This document shows positions 60,480 to 64,000 of a stretch of 64,000 nt of DNA, piece by piece; position 1 is the first letter of the stretch, and every line of letters starts with the position of its first letter. The notes under the pieces were generated by a model that saw only the letters and a list, made by a program, of their open reading frames with translations, did no database searches and was not told the origin of the DNA. The translations under genes and the position numbers were made by a program. The stretch lies in NCBI RefSeq assembly GCF_009914755.1, contig NC_060933.1. One strand, given 5' to 3'. Origin of the DNA: the human T2T-CHM13v2.0 reference genome, Homo sapiens.

Positions 60480-61354
60480 TTAGTAGGAAGATAAATTAGG
60501 CATGTATGATTGCCCCCTCATCTTAACAAGGAATTTCTCTCAGCTCATTTTCTTCAGGGGAGAATTCTCTCCCACCCTGCCTTGCACCTGCTTCTGACCC
60601 AAGGACATGGCAGAAGGAGCTAGGAGTTCCAGCTTTCACTCCTGGCTCCAACCCCTCAGTTGTATAGCCTTTGGAAAGTCACTTAATCCTTTTGGGCCTC
60701 AGTTTCCCCATCTAGGGAATAAGGGAATGTCATGATCTCAGAGGAGGTGGCACAGTCTGATAGGGAGAGGGCTGTCCCAGGGCTCCCAGCTGCCTCTTGG
60801 GCAGGGCAGGTCTAGGCTGTCTGGCCCCCTCAGAGCCTTGACTGTCAGGGCCCAGGCTGAGCAGGCTCCCATGACCCCACTGCGTGGCAGGGAGATTAAG
60901 GCCAAGAAAGGGAGGGGGCCAGAATCGCACAGCTTGCCCAGGCAGAATGGGCCCCTGCCTTCTGTTCCTGAGCTTTCTCCCTGCACCAGAGCCATCTCCG
61001 GGCTAGACAGGCTGGTAGAACCAGCCACGTCCTCTCCCTGGGGTGGAGGAAGAGCCTGCTCCGCACAGGGCCAGAACTTTCCAGCCATCTCCCTCCAGCC
61101 TCACCAGTCCCCACCCAGAGCCTGAAACTCAGGGCTGTCTGTGCCCAGGGCTGCACCTGACTTTGGTTATCTAGCACCACCTACAGGATATATTGAGAAC
61201 AACATGCCACATGGCTTCAAGCCCCAGATTCCAGAAACTGCTGACTGGGAAGACGCCCATTCATGGATCGCACCTGGTATGCCCGGGCCAGAGCTCTGTG
61301 CCCTGCATGAGCCTCTGCCCTGATCTGCACCACAGGCCCTTAAGGCAGGAACTA

Positions 61355-61660
61355 CATTATAGTATTGAATCAATATAACACCCTTTCATAAGGGATACAA
61401 ATGTAGTTGTTAGATAAAAGGTATAACTTCTGTTGTTCACAGCAGAGTAGAGTGACTACAGATAACAATGTATTGTATATTTCAAAGTAGCTAGAAGAGA
61501 GGACATAAATTGTTCCCAACACATAGAAATGATAAATACTCAAGGTGATGGATACCCCAAATACCCTGACCTGGTCATTACATACACTACACTTAAAACA
61601 AAAGATCACACATACCCCATAAATATGTAAAATATTACGTATCAATTTAAAATACCTTTT
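61355..61660 (+). mobile_element. L1MA-type 3' end
   Basis: aatgtattgtatatttcaaagtagctagaagagagga...aaatgataaatactcaaggtgatggatacccc...taccccataaatatgta. Confidence 0.8.
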
Positions 61661-61662
61661 TA

Positions 61663-64000
<2,338 letters not shown>

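Overview
Primate, most likely human, genomic DNA. It is GC-rich and very Alu-dense, with on the order of a hundred Alu copies or fragments by eye. The only protein-coding sequence I can support is coding exon 1 of EEIG1 (FAM102A) on the minus strand. It runs from ATG 5909 to the splice donor after 5764 and encodes [48 protein letters not shown](R), the start of the NT-C2 domain. The supplied ORF track misses this frame. Bases 1-5763 are part of intron 1, and ~5700-7250 is the CpG-island promoter and 5' leader. The remaining ~57 kb is upstream intergenic DNA: Alus, old L1M, L2, MIR, MaLR solo LTRs, MER3, MER104 and a 3'-truncated U6 copy. From memory the locus is 9q34.11, towards NAIF1/SLC25A25. 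Almost all listed ORFs are Alu or GC-content artefacts. I see no convincing new gene or multi-gene system. The most interesting signals are: (1) an EEIG1 leader with three uAUGs, one opening an overlapping ORF whose stop overlaps in-frame Met5 (TGATG); (2) a strong unused-looking splice donor in that leader; (3) an apparent gene-conversion tract between two inverted Alus ~3.7 kb apart with intact TSDs; (4) several mechanistic scars of retrotransposition and repair. Repeat subfamily names come from recalled consensus sequences and their boundaries are approximate.
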